DNA of 36,315 nucleotides. It comes from an uncultured Methanobrevibacter sp. (GTDB taxonomy: Archaea; Methanobacteriota; Methanobacteria; Methanobacteriales; Methanobacteriaceae). The notes under the pieces were generated by a model. It made no database searches. It was not told where the DNA came from and worked only from the letters and a program-made list of their open reading frames with translations. Made by a program: the position numbers and the translations under genes. Below are positions 27,800 through 36,304 of the stretch, in pieces. Location: the NCBI RefSeq assembly GCF_937906425.1, contig NZ_CALCYR010000174.1:1-36315 (forward strand), given 5' to 3'. How positions within the stretch are numbered: the first letter of the stretch is position 1; every line of letters begins with the position of its first letter.

Positions 27800-28454
27800 A
27801 TTTTTTAAACAAAAATAAATAAAATCTAAAAAAGAGCAATCAGAAATAATAGCTGAAATTGTAAAAAGAAGAATTTTTATCCTTTAAAAAAATATACAGA
27901 GAAAAATAAATTTGTAAAAAAAATCATGCGCAAAAACTTAAAAAAACTATAAAAAAATTAAAAGATTCAAATGAATAAAATTCATTTTACTGTATACAAA
28001 AAAGCAAGATTAGTTTACAAAAATTATGGATTTTTTTTAAAAATTAGAATATTCGGATTGAACAAAATTATAGATTTTTAATCAACAAGGGGAAAATATA
28101 ACCAAAATATTAATTAAGATTTTATAAAAATTTAGAAAATTAAATGAAAATTAAAGAAAAAATTAAATAAATTAAATAAAATTAAGAAAAAACTATAATT
28201 TTACTAACACCCCCTATATAAGATTTATAAAAAAGCATGATTTAATAAAAATTACAATCTAAAAGCAATATTCAAATAAAAGTATAAAATTCAAATTCAT
28301 TAATAAAATTCAAAAAAATAATAAAAATTCAATAAAAATAACAAAATTCAAAAAAATAATAAAAATTCAATTTGAATAATAAAATTCAAATTCATTAACA
28401 AAATTCAAAAAACTTATAAAAATTTAATTTGATTAACAAAATTCAATTTAAACT

Positions 28455-28472
28455 GCAAAAGATTAATATATA
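28455..28472 (+). promoter_or_regulatory. Candidate BRE-TATA promoter for the 28525 ORF
   Basis: Purine-rich gcaaaaga followed by TTAATATA about 55 nt upstream of the ATG; GGAG RBS-like motif at 28513-28516. Confidence 0.4.
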
Positions 28473-28524
28473 ATCAAAGATAAAGCAAAGGCAAGGATGG
28501 TGTGAGTCAAATGGAGCTAAAATT

Positions 28525-29154
28525 ATGGAAAAGGAACTTTTCTCAAACTGGGCTTCCAATCCCAATATTGAAAACCTCTGCTTTAAAACATTGGATGGAA
28601 AACTAACAAATCTTATCTTTCACAGCAAAAGACTTAATGAAATGGATTATAAAAAAATACTTGAAAATTCCCTGGAACTGGAACTAAAACACAAACTAAA
28701 AGTAAAAACCATAGTCCTTTCAGTAGAAGAAGAGCATAATTTTACAAAAATAATGGATCATCATGACAAAAACAAACCCCATAAGATACAGGTAATATCA
28801 AGCCAAAGCATTGATGAGGAAATGGAACTTAAAAGAATAAAAAAACTGATAGTTAAAAAAAGACCAATAAGCAAAACAGATATAATTGCATTAATATTTT
28901 TACCTGTGATGAATTTATCAAAAGAAAAGGAACTTTTATTTGAAGGAGGAAGATTACTTACAAAAATTAAAGGACTTAAGGAAAATGAACTTGATGCAAT
29001 ATTAACACATCATATGACAAGGGCAATGGATTGTTTGGATTCAAATGAATTTAAGGAACTTTTAGAAGTTTATAAAAAAGGAAAAATTTCAATGGAAAGA
29101 ATTCAAAGAATTTTAAAAGAAGTAAAAAGAATAATGAAAGAAGCAAATGAGTAA
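28525..29154 (+). CDS. Hypothetical protein, 209 aa; possibly a degenerate Rpn/PD-(D/E)XK-like Methanobrevibacter paralog family member
   Basis: Clean ORF with RBS. NLCFKTLDGKLTNLIFHS...KVKTIVLS...DIIALIFLPVM resembles, from memory, the DxxFxxxDGxxxHxEFQS...VxTxVI...LxxLPLM pattern, but the acidic catalytic residues are missing. The ORF itself is likely real; the family call is tentative. Confidence 0.7.
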   Translation: MEKELFSNWASNPNIENLCFKTLDGKLTNLIFHSKRLNEMDYKKILENSLELELKHKLKVKTIVLSVEEEHNFTKIMDHHDKNKPHKIQVISSQSIDEEMELKRIKKLIVKKRPISKTDIIALIFLPVMNLSKEKELLFEGGRLLTKIKGLKENELDAILTHHMTRAMDCLDSNEFKELLEVYKKGKISMERIQRILKEVKRIMKEANE

Positions 29155-29260
29155 AAAAAGAAATTAAAAGAAGTAAAAAGAATAATGAAAGAAATAAATG
29201 GATAAAAAGAATTTTAAAAGAAGTAAAAAGATTAATGAAAGAAGCAAATGGGTAAAAAAG
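29105..29260. repeat. ~50-bp tandem repeat, 3 copies; the first copy is the 3' end of the 28525 ORF
   Basis: aaagaattttaaaagaagtaaaaagaataatgaaagaagcaaatg variants start at ~29105, 29157 and 29206. Confidence 0.85.
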
Positions 29261-29350
29261 GGATTTAGATAAGGATTTAAAAAAAATAAAAAAAGAAATT
29301 TAAAAAATAATTGATTAAAAATATCAGAGATGAACTGAAAAAGTAAAAAA

Positions 29351-29442
29351 AGGATTTAAACTAATAATCAACCTTAATTCCCAAAATTTCTCTTTTAGGA
29401 TTTAAACTAATAATCAACCTTAATTCCCAAAATTTCTCTTTT
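29351..29442. repeat. Exact 46-bp tandem duplication spanning the marker-12 stop codon
   Basis: aggatttaaactaataatcaaccttaattcccaaaatttctctttt at 29351-29396 and 29397-29442. Confidence 0.92.
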
Positions 29443-30408
29443 TCCACCATAAATGTCTCTTGCTATTTGAGCTGCTCCAATAGCTCCAGACTCACTTGAA
29501 ATGATTTTAAAAAGATACTTGTCCTTGAAGTATTCATTTAACTTGGCCTCAAAGTCAACAGGTTCCTTCATAGATCCCATTGAACCTGTAAGTACGATTC
29601 CATCCACGGGATTCTTACTAACTGCAATAAGTCCTGCAATCTCCATTGCAACAGTCATAATCATGGAATCAATAGCTAAAACTGCTCTTTCATCCCCATT
29701 TTCATATGCATTAAGAAGGTCTTCCTTCATGAATGCAACCTTATTGTCAATGTTTGCAATCTTTACAGCTCCTGCATGGGAAAAACATTCATTTGCAGTT
29801 TTTCTTCCTTCATCAATGTCCCTAATCATTTCAAGATCCAACGGCCCATGAACAATGCCCATTGCACCGCAACATGCATCTATAGCTCCCTTTATCTTAG
29901 CATCCTCTATAAGAAGATCAACGCTGTTTGAACTGATATCAGCAACTATCATGTTTTCCCAATCTGTTTCAAGATATGCATTATATGCAATGCTTACCTT
30001 TTCAGGACTTGCATGATGGGAATATGCTGCCCTAAATAAGGGGTCAAGAAAATCACAATCCTTATGCAATCCAGGAATCATAAGACATGGAATATCAGTA
30101 TTTTCTATTTCAGAATAAACTGAAGTGCCTCCACCAGTTACCTTGCCTGCACCATTTATGGATAATATTCCACGATTTTTAACCTTTTCCATAGGAAGAA
30201 TGGTATTTATTCCATCTCCCATTGCATAGGTAACTATCATTAAATCAATATCACTTAAATCTACACGTTTTGATAATTCTTCAATGGCTGAAACTCTTCC
30301 AGCCTTACTGTCTTCACGAGAAATCTTAAAAACATCCAGAACTTTTTCATTATCCATTATTGCAAATGAAATTCCAGTAGTTCCATGATCCATTCCTACA
30401 AATACCAT
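29407..30408 (-). CDS. Methanogenesis marker protein 12 (UPF0285 family; ASKHA/acetate-kinase-like fold)
   Basis: MVFVGMDHGTTGI N-terminus, YAMGDG, GAGKVTGGGT, YSHHASPEKVSIAY, DISSNSV, DACCGAMG, GPLDLEMIR, ESGAIGAAQIA. ATG 30408 is preferred over GTG 30417 because AAGTGAT upstream would act as the RBS. Confidence 0.9.
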   Translation of the reverse strand: MVFVGMDHGTTGISFAIMDNEKVLDVFKISREDSKAGRVSAIEELSKRVDLSDIDLMIVTYAMGDGINTILPMEKVKNRGILSINGAGKVTGGGTSVYSEIENTDIPCLMIPGLHKDCDFLDPLFRAAYSHHASPEKVSIAYNAYLETDWENMIVADISSNSVDLLIEDAKIKGAIDACCGAMGIVHGPLDLEMIRDIDEGRKTANECFSHAGAVKIANIDNKVAFMKEDLLNAYENGDERAVLAIDSMIMTVAMEIAGLIAVSKNPVDGIVLTGSMGSMKEPVDFEAKLNEYFKDKYLFKIISSESGAIGAAQIARDIYGGKREILGIKVDY

Positions 30409-30553
30409 TTTTATCACTTAATAATATGAATTTTGATAAGAAAATAGAATAAATTAATTAAAATTAAATCAGAAAATTCAATAATTGAAAATTAAATCAA
30501 ATAAACCCAATAATTAAAAATTAAATCAGAAAATTCAATAATTAAAAATCATT

Positions 30554-30585
30554 AAAGATTCACGATTTTTCGTGAATCTTTTTTT
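30554..30585 (+). terminator. Bacterial intrinsic terminator
   Basis: Perfect 12-bp stem aaagattcacga / tcgtgaatcttt with a 4-nt loop, followed by a T run. Confidence 0.75.
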
Positions 30586-30607
30586 GCGTAAAATTTGTAA
30601 TTTTGCC

Positions 30608-30636
30608 TTGATTTTTTTGAGTTTAGGGGTTATTAT
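30608..30636 (+). promoter_or_regulatory. Sigma-A-type promoter of the mraZ operon
   Basis: TTGATT-17 nt-TATTAT, immediately upstream of the MraZ boxes. Confidence 0.6.
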
Positions 30637-30644
30637 GTAAGCAT

Positions 30645-30694
30645 AAGTGGTAGAAAGTGGTACTTGGTGTCATATATGTGGTACAAAGTGGTGG
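30645..30694 (+). promoter_or_regulatory. MraZ-binding repeats (GTGG boxes)
   Basis: GTGG at 30647, 30657, 30678 and 30688, plus GTGT at 30667, with 10-11-bp spacing. This is the known MraZ autoregulatory arrangement. Confidence 0.8.
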
Positions 30695-30727
30695 ATTTCT
30701 ATATTAACTAACGAAAGGGCGCCGGCT

Positions 30728-31153
30728 ATGTTCATGGGAGAATATAACCATTCGTTAGATGCAAAGGGTAGAGTTATTGTTCCTGCTAAGTTCAGAGAGC
30801 AATTAGGAGATGTCTTCGTCATTTCTCAAGGTCTTGACGGATGTCTGTTTGTCTTCCCACGCAGCGAATGGACTAAATTCGAAGAAAAACTTAAAGAATT
30901 GCCTATGTCAGACAAGAACGCACGTAAGTTTGTACGTTTTTTCCTGGCCGGAGCATCAGAAACGGAAATTGATAAACAGGGCAGAATCCTGATTCCTCCA
31001 GTGTTAAGAGAATTCGCCGGTCTTACAAAGGATATTACTTTTGTCGGAGTCGGTGGCAGAGCAGAAATATGGAGTGCTGACAGATGGAACGAATCAACTT
31101 CGTTTGATGATATGGACGAAGTTGCACAGCATATGTCGGAACTTGGAATATAA
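30728..31153 (+). CDS. mraZ: Division/cell wall cluster transcriptional repressor MraZ
   Basis: [23 protein letters not shown]...GLDGCLF...DKQGRILIP...RAEIW. True start is ATG 30728 (RBS gaaaggg), not GTG 30647. Confidence 0.96.
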   Translation: MFMGEYNHSLDAKGRVIVPAKFREQLGDVFVISQGLDGCLFVFPRSEWTKFEEKLKELPMSDKNARKFVRFFLAGASETEIDKQGRILIPPVLREFAGLTKDITFVGVGGRAEIWSADRWNESTSFDDMDEVAQHMSELGI

Positions 31154-31174
31154 GTTTTTCAAGAAAGGCTTTAA

Positions 31175-32116
31175 ATGGAATTTGAACATATACCGGTTTT
31201 ATATAACGAAACAATTAATGCTTTAAATGTAAAACCTGAAGGAATATATGCGGATGGTACCCTTGGCGGTGCAGGTCATGCCAGCGGTGTATGTAAGCTT
31301 CTTAATAAAGAAGGAAGATTCATAGGGTTTGATCAGGACGCTGAAGCAATTAAGACAGCCACACAAAGGCTTTCTGAATATAAGGAAAATACGAATATTG
31401 ATATTGTTAAAAGCAATTACGTCAATATGCCTTCTGTTTTAAAGGAAATGGGTGTTGATAAGGTTGACGGAATCTTGCTTGATATAGGAGTTTCTTCTTA
31501 CCAGCTTGATAATGGGGAAAGAGGCTTTTCTTATATGGAGGATGCAAAACTTGATATGAGAATGGATAAGGATAATCCTTTATCTGCCTATGAAGTTGTT
31601 AACACTTATACCAAAGAGGATTTGGCAAGAATAATAAGAAATTATGGCGAAGACAATTTCGCTAATAATATTGCAAAGCACATTGTGCAAAGGCGTAACG
31701 AAAAACCGATTGAAACAACCTTTGAACTTGCAGGGATTATCAAAGAAAGTATACCTGCAAAGATAAGGGCAACCGGTGGTAATCCGGCAAAGAGAACCTT
31801 CCAGGCAATAAGAATTGAGGTTAATAAAGAACTTGAAGTCTTGGAAAAGTCAATTGATGCAATGATTGATATGTTAAATCCGGGCGGAAGACTGGCTATC
31901 ATCACGTTCCACTCATTAGAGGATCGTATTGTTAAGAACAAGTTTAAGGAAGCCGAAGATCCGTGTATTTGTCCAAAGACATTTCCGGTTTGCGTTTGCG
32001 GAAGAGTTCCTTTGGGAAAACAGATTACAAGGAAGCCGATTATCCCGTCAGAGGAAGAAATTTCAAACAATAAGAGAAGTAAAAGTTCTAAACTGAGGGT
32101 TTTTGAAAAGGCCTGA
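31175..32116 (+). CDS. rsmH: 16S rRNA m4C1402 methyltransferase RsmH (MraW)
   Basis: [25 protein letters not shown]...[32 protein letters not shown], and the CICP...CVCG insert seen in Firmicutes. Confidence 0.97.
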   Translation: MEFEHIPVLYNETINALNVKPEGIYADGTLGGAGHASGVCKLLNKEGRFIGFDQDAEAIKTATQRLSEYKENTNIDIVKSNYVNMPSVLKEMGVDKVDGILLDIGVSSYQLDNGERGFSYMEDAKLDMRMDKDNPLSAYEVVNTYTKEDLARIIRNYGEDNFANNIAKHIVQRRNEKPIETTFELAGIIKESIPAKIRATGGNPAKRTFQAIRIEVNKELEVLEKSIDAMIDMLNPGGRLAIITFHSLEDRIVKNKFKEAEDPCICPKTFPVCVCGRVPLGKQITRKPIIPSEEEISNNKRSKSSKLRVFEKA

Positions 32117-32142
32117 TTTAAAAGGGAAGAAGAGAGGTCATT

Positions 32143-32631
32143 ATGAGCAGAGTGAGGAAGAATAATTATAACAAAACAGCAAGAAAAGATACATATATTG
32201 AAGGAAATACCGTAAGAAAGTTTGATTTTGACTTTGAAGAGCTTGAAAACGAAGCGGCTTACGAAGAGGTTGAAAGAGAAAATTCGTATCGTCCGAGACG
32301 AAGAAGCCTTAGCATGAGCGGTGGCATGGCTATGTTACTTGCGCTTGTGTCTGCGGCAATCTTAAGCCTTTGTGTTGTTTACTTAAACAGAGAATTTGCA
32401 ATCAGCCAAAAATCGGCACAGATTAATACTTTGAAAGCCGAGCTTGAGGATTTAAAGGCTGAAAACGAGGTATTAAATTACGATGTGAACAGCTATATGG
32501 ATATTGAATATGTTTACACTTATGCAACGGAAGTTCTTGGCATGAGCGTTGCCACCGAAGACCAGATTGTTTTTTATGATGGCACAGACAAGGAATATTT
32601 GGTACAATACAAAGAGGTTCCGGAAGAGTAA
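32143..32631 (+). CDS. ftsL: Cell division protein FtsL-like (bitopic membrane protein with coiled coil)
   Basis: Lies between rsmH and a PBP. YIEGNTVRK N-terminal motif, one TM helix, coiled coil, A...LGM motif. Confidence 0.75.
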   Translation: MSRVRKNNYNKTARKDTYIEGNTVRKFDFDFEELENEAAYEEVERENSYRPRRRSLSMSGGMAMLLALVSAAILSLCVVYLNREFAISQKSAQINTLKAELEDLKAENEVLNYDVNSYMDIEYVYTYATEVLGMSVATEDQIVFYDGTDKEYLVQYKEVPEE

Positions 32632-32661
32632 CGGAATTAATAAGATTAAAGGTAACAAAAA

Positions 32662-34527
32662 ATGAGTAATAGATATACACCGGCAGACAAGGAAAGAACA
32701 AGCGACAATCAGTCAAAACGCATTAAGAGATACATGGCGAGGAAACTGATTATTGTATTCTTCCTTATTATGCTGGTGTTTGCTGTTTTATTCGGAAGAG
32801 TTGTTTATTTTAATTATACAAACGGAGATGCATATTCTAAGACGGTTCTCGATCAGCAAACATATTCAAGCACAACAATTCCATATAAAAGAGGAACTAT
32901 TTTAGACAGAAACGGTAATGTTTTGGCACAAAGCATTATGGTCTATAATCTTGTTCTTGATCCTGCGGTTATGCTTTCCGATAATGATACATCAGATGAT
33001 AACGATCATCCGTATTACGATGCTACAATTGAGGCTTTGGTAAACTGCTTCGGGTATGACGAAACAGAGCTTCGCGAAAAGATTGAATCTAATTCAAACA
33101 GCAGATACGTGGTTTATGAAAAGACACTTGAATACTACGATATTCAGGACTTTTTAACTGCAAAGGATGAAAATGCATATATTCAGGGCGTTTGGTTTGA
33201 AGAGGAATATGAAAGAAGATATCCTTATACAACGCTTGCCGCAACCGTTCTTGGTTTTGTTGATACGGACGGAAGTGCTTCTTACGGCCTTGAAGGCTAT
33301 TACAATGATGTTTTAACGGGCGTAAACGGAAGAGAATACGGATACGTTGATGAAGACAATAATATGGAAAAGGTTGTAAAAGCTGCTGAAGACGGCTCAA
33401 CTTTGGTTTCCACTTTGGATGTTTATATTCAGAGTATTGTTGAAAAATACATTGCTGAGTGGGACGAAATCTATGATGCCAAAAATATCGGCGTTATTAT
33501 TTCAGACCCAAACACCAACGAAATTTATGCAATGGCAACCGATACGGTGTATGACCCAAATAATCCGAGGGATTTATCATATGCATATACCGAAGAGGAA
33601 ATTGCAGAAATGAGCAACGCTGTAAAATATGCCGCAATCCTCGGAAATTGGAACAATTTCTGCGTTTATAACTCTTATGAACCGGGTTCGACTTATAAAC
33701 CGATTGTAAGCGTTGCGGTTCTTGAAGAAAACATTATTGATGAGGATGTATATACTTATGAGTGCGATGGCTATAATGATGTTGGAATTTGGCATATCAA
33801 ATGTAACGTTACAACCGGTCACGGCGTTTTGAATTTGCAGAGTGCGATTGCACTTTCCTGTAATGATTTCTTTATGGAGATGGGTGCGCTTCTTGGACCT
33901 GACAAGTTTCTGGAATATCAGCTTAAGTTTGGCTTTGGCCAATATACGGGCATTGACTTAAGTAATGAAAGATCATGTTCTAACCTTGTTTATTCAAGTG
34001 ATACGCTTAATGAGGTTTCGCTTGCAATCAGTTCTTTCGGACAGGGATTTAATGTTACCATGATCCAAATGGCTTCTGCTTTTTCATCGATTATTAACGG
34101 CGGATATTATTACAAACCGCATGTTGTAAGCGAAATCATCAACAGTTCGGGCGGTGTTGAAGAGTATGTGGGAAGCGAAGTTGTTCGGATTACGTGTACA
34201 CGGGAAACTTCTGATTATTTGAAGCAGGCGCTTTACCTTGGTGTTACTGAGGGTAGCGGTATTCCGGCGCAGATTACGGGATACAAGATTGGCGGTAAAA
34301 CGGGTACAGCTCAGGTTAACGACAGAGAGTCGGAAAACTATGTTTACTCCTTCATTGGCTTTGTGGCTGATGAGGACGATAATCCTCTTATTCAGTGTTA
34401 CGTTGTTGTTGACGAGTGCCAGACCGAAGAGGAAGAAACAGGTTCTTTTGTTGCATCAAGACTTTTTAAAGCTATTATGGAAGAGGTTTTACCGTATTTA
34501 AACATTTATCCTACAGAGATGGAGTGA
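32662..34527 (+). CDS. Class B penicillin-binding protein (FtsI/SpoVD-like transpeptidase); extreme C-terminus possibly replaced
   Basis: N-terminal TM, RGTILDRNG, RRYPY, GLEGYY, catalytic motifs STYK, SCN and KTGT. No PASTA domain seen. Confidence 0.93.
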   Translation: MSNRYTPADKERTSDNQSKRIKRYMARKLIIVFFLIMLVFAVLFGRVVYFNYTNGDAYSKTVLDQQTYSSTTIPYKRGTILDRNGNVLAQSIMVYNLVLDPAVMLSDNDTSDDNDHPYYDATIEALVNCFGYDETELREKIESNSNSRYVVYEKTLEYYDIQDFLTAKDENAYIQGVWFEEEYERRYPYTTLAATVLGFVDTDGSASYGLEGYYNDVLTGVNGREYGYVDEDNNMEKVVKAAEDGSTLVSTLDVYIQSIVEKYIAEWDEIYDAKNIGVIISDPNTNEIYAMATDTVYDPNNPRDLSYAYTEEEIAEMSNAVKYAAILGNWNNFCVYNSYEPGSTYKPIVSVAVLEENIIDEDVYTYECDGYNDVGIWHIKCNVTTGHGVLNLQSAIALSCNDFFMEMGALLGPDKFLEYQLKFGFGQYTGIDLSNERSCSNLVYSSDTLNEVSLAISSFGQGFNVTMIQMASAFSSIINGGYYYKPHVVSEIINSSGGVEEYVGSEVVRITCTRETSDYLKQALYLGVTEGSGIPAQITGYKIGGKTGTAQVNDRESENYVYSFIGFVADEDDNPLIQCYVVVDECQTEEEETGSFVASRLFKAIMEEVLPYLNIYPTEME

Positions 34528-34640
34528 GGTATTTGTGAAGGGCAGAGAAACCGGTAATGGGAATGTACGGCGTGTGCTTTGATGAAGAGATGGCGGGTAA
34601 TTAATTTCGTTATATGATTGCTGATGATTTTTTCGCATGA
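34520..34640 (+). pseudogene. Remnant of an AraC-family regulator GyrI-like effector-binding domain
   Basis: Correcting one frameshift near 34541 gives WSEVFVKAEKPVMGMYGVCFDEEMAGN*FRYMIADD, with an in-frame TAA at 34602-34604. This resembles the FW...GMYGVC.DE.M.G.EF.YMIAD stretch of clostridial AraC/GyrI proteins (recognised from memory). Confidence 0.55.
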
Positions 34641-34695
34641 AGCAGCAAAAATGGAATCCATTATGCAAAAAACTTGCAAAATAAACAGGTTTTCA

Positions 34696-34723
34696 TTGAC
34701 AAAAAGGCATAATCTGCTATAAT
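34696..34723 (+). promoter_or_regulatory. Consensus sigma-A promoter with extended -10
   Basis: TTGACA-16 nt-TATAAT preceded by TGn; RBS GGAGGT at 34753-34758. Confidence 0.85.
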
Positions 34724-34764
34724 ATAATTGATTTTGCGAGAAACTCGTAAATGGAGGTGGAATT

Positions 34765-36078
34765 ATGCTTTTGGAATTCAAAACCAGGAACTATAAGTCG
34801 TTTGTAGATGAGGTGTATTTTTCTATGACACCTGCGCCAAAGCAGAAAGGCCTGGATTACAGTATTCTTTCTATGAAGGCGGGAAGTAAATCTTATAAAG
34901 GCTTAAGCTCAGCTGTTATTTACGGACCGAATGCTTCCGGAAAAACAAATGTTATCGGTGCTATGGATACTTTTCGATCGATTGTCCTTCGTGGCAGTAT
35001 CAGAAATGCGGATGTTGCATCTCCTAATGCAGCGGCTTCAGCGTTGGAGCTTGTCCCAAATTGTAATGGGGTAAAAGAGCCTACGGAGTTTTCTGTCAGA
35101 TTTCTGGCTGATGGACTTTTGGTGGAATATTCTGTGAAAGCGGATCTAGGTTCTTTTATGGATACTGACTACCCAAGAAGGATCATGGAAGAGAAGCTGA
35201 CAGTCAATGAAAAGCAGGTGTTTTTAAGGAATGGAGAGCTAATTGTTAATCTCCCGTCTGTAATCAAGGAATATGTGAATAAGAGCATAAAGAGAAAGAC
35301 ACCTAAGATGTTGGAACTGGCGATAGACAGCTTGTCAGATACGGAACTGTTTTTGACCAACGGATTTAAGTCGATTTACGCACGGGAGTTGGTAAAGAAA
35401 GTTACTTCGTGGTTCAATAACAAATTTATTGTTGTTTATCGTTCCGACGATATGCGCCTCGTCAGAAAGTTTGCTGATCCGAAGGCAAATACCGTTTATG
35501 TGGAGACAACTCTGACGGAAGCTGCAAGAGAGTTCGGTATAACGGGCAACGCTCTGGGCTACAAGTCTGCGGGAAAGGATGATGCAGAGGATACGGTTCT
35601 TTGTTCTATATTAGGAAATAAATTGCTTCCGGCAGAAGTCTTTGAATCTTATGGCACGATTCGGTTTATTAATGAATTTCCTCTTGTTATACTTGTTCTC
35701 TTAAATGGAGGAACGCTTGTCATGGATGAATTTGATGCATCTATTCACCCGATGGCGCTGATGAATATTATTAATGTATTCCATAATGATGATATCAATA
35801 AGAACCATGCTCAGCTGATATTTAACACGCATAATCCGATCTTCCTGGATTCATCCCTGCTCAGGCGGGATGAAATCAAGTTTGTCGAGCGCGACGATGA
35901 GACAGGAAACAGCGTTCATTATGCGCTCTCTGATTTCAAGACTGCTGATGGCGTTCGCAGGGGCGAGGATTATATGAACAATTATTTTGTCAGCAGATAT
36001 GGCGCGATAAAGGATGTTGATTTCAGCCCGCTCCTTGAAAAGGTGATCGCCGGAAATGAGGTGGCCAGGGATGAGTGA
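34765..36078 (+). CDS. ABC-type AAA_21-family ATPase (RloA/AbiLi-like), putative abortive-infection component
   Basis: MLLEFKTRNYKSF N-terminus, Walker A GPNASGKT, ESYGT signature, Walker B/D-loop LVMDEFDASIHP, H-loop QLIFNTHNP, LLRRDEIKFVE, Y...RYGAI C-terminus. Overlaps a RloB-like gene. Confidence 0.88.
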   Translation: MLLEFKTRNYKSFVDEVYFSMTPAPKQKGLDYSILSMKAGSKSYKGLSSAVIYGPNASGKTNVIGAMDTFRSIVLRGSIRNADVASPNAAASALELVPNCNGVKEPTEFSVRFLADGLLVEYSVKADLGSFMDTDYPRRIMEEKLTVNEKQVFLRNGELIVNLPSVIKEYVNKSIKRKTPKMLELAIDSLSDTELFLTNGFKSIYARELVKKVTSWFNNKFIVVYRSDDMRLVRKFADPKANTVYVETTLTEAAREFGITGNALGYKSAGKDDAEDTVLCSILGNKLLPAEVFESYGTIRFINEFPLVILVLLNGGTLVMDEFDASIHPMALMNIINVFHNDDINKNHAQLIFNTHNPIFLDSSLLRRDEIKFVERDDETGNSVHYALSDFKTADGVRRGEDYMNNYFVSRYGAIKDVDFSPLLEKVIAGNEVARDE

Positions 36079-36304
36079 AAAACTGGAAACAAAGAAGTTT
36101 GTATTCACGGTTGAGGGCGAAACGGAGCAGTGGTATCTGGAATGGCTCAGAGATCAGATCAACACATGCGAAGATCGTAAATATAATGCTGCGGTTGATA
36201 CAAAAGTACAGCAGAGCCCCAGAAAATTTTATAAGACCGTAAATGCAAAGAGTGTGCCTGAGACTTTGTCAAGAAATTTGTGTAAGTCTTTTTTACTCAT
36301 CTAA
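36071..36304 (+). pseudogene. RloB/AbiLii-like TOPRIM protein, truncated after ~63 aa by a probable IS insertion
   Basis: ATG 36071 overlaps the ATPase stop (RBS GAGGTGG). TOPRIM glutamate motif FTVEGETEQWYL. The last ~14 codons are read from the IS-like end. Confidence 0.72.

Noticed and set aside
28260..28450. aaaattcaa-type repeats as iterons or an origin
   Set aside because: Low-complexity AT-rich slippage; no ORB motif or cdc6/rep gene nearby.
30450..30552. ~26-bp AT-rich repeats upstream of marker 12
   Set aside because: Similar to other low-complexity intergenic repeats in the archaeal segment; no specific function can be supported.
30647..30727. 27-aa N-terminal extension of MraZ in the ORF track
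   Set aside because: The GTG start is an MraZ box. The canonical MFMGEY start with an RBS is at 30728.
36056..36070. Upstream start MRWPG for the RloB-like ORF
   Set aside because: This stretch contains the GAGGTGG RBS for ATG 36071.
29501..36108. Overlapping or antisense ORFs within marker 12, mraZ, rsmH, ftsL, the PBP gene and the ATPase gene, plus 34506-34781 on the minus strand
   Set aside because: They overlap well-supported genes or promoter elements and show no recognisable motifs.
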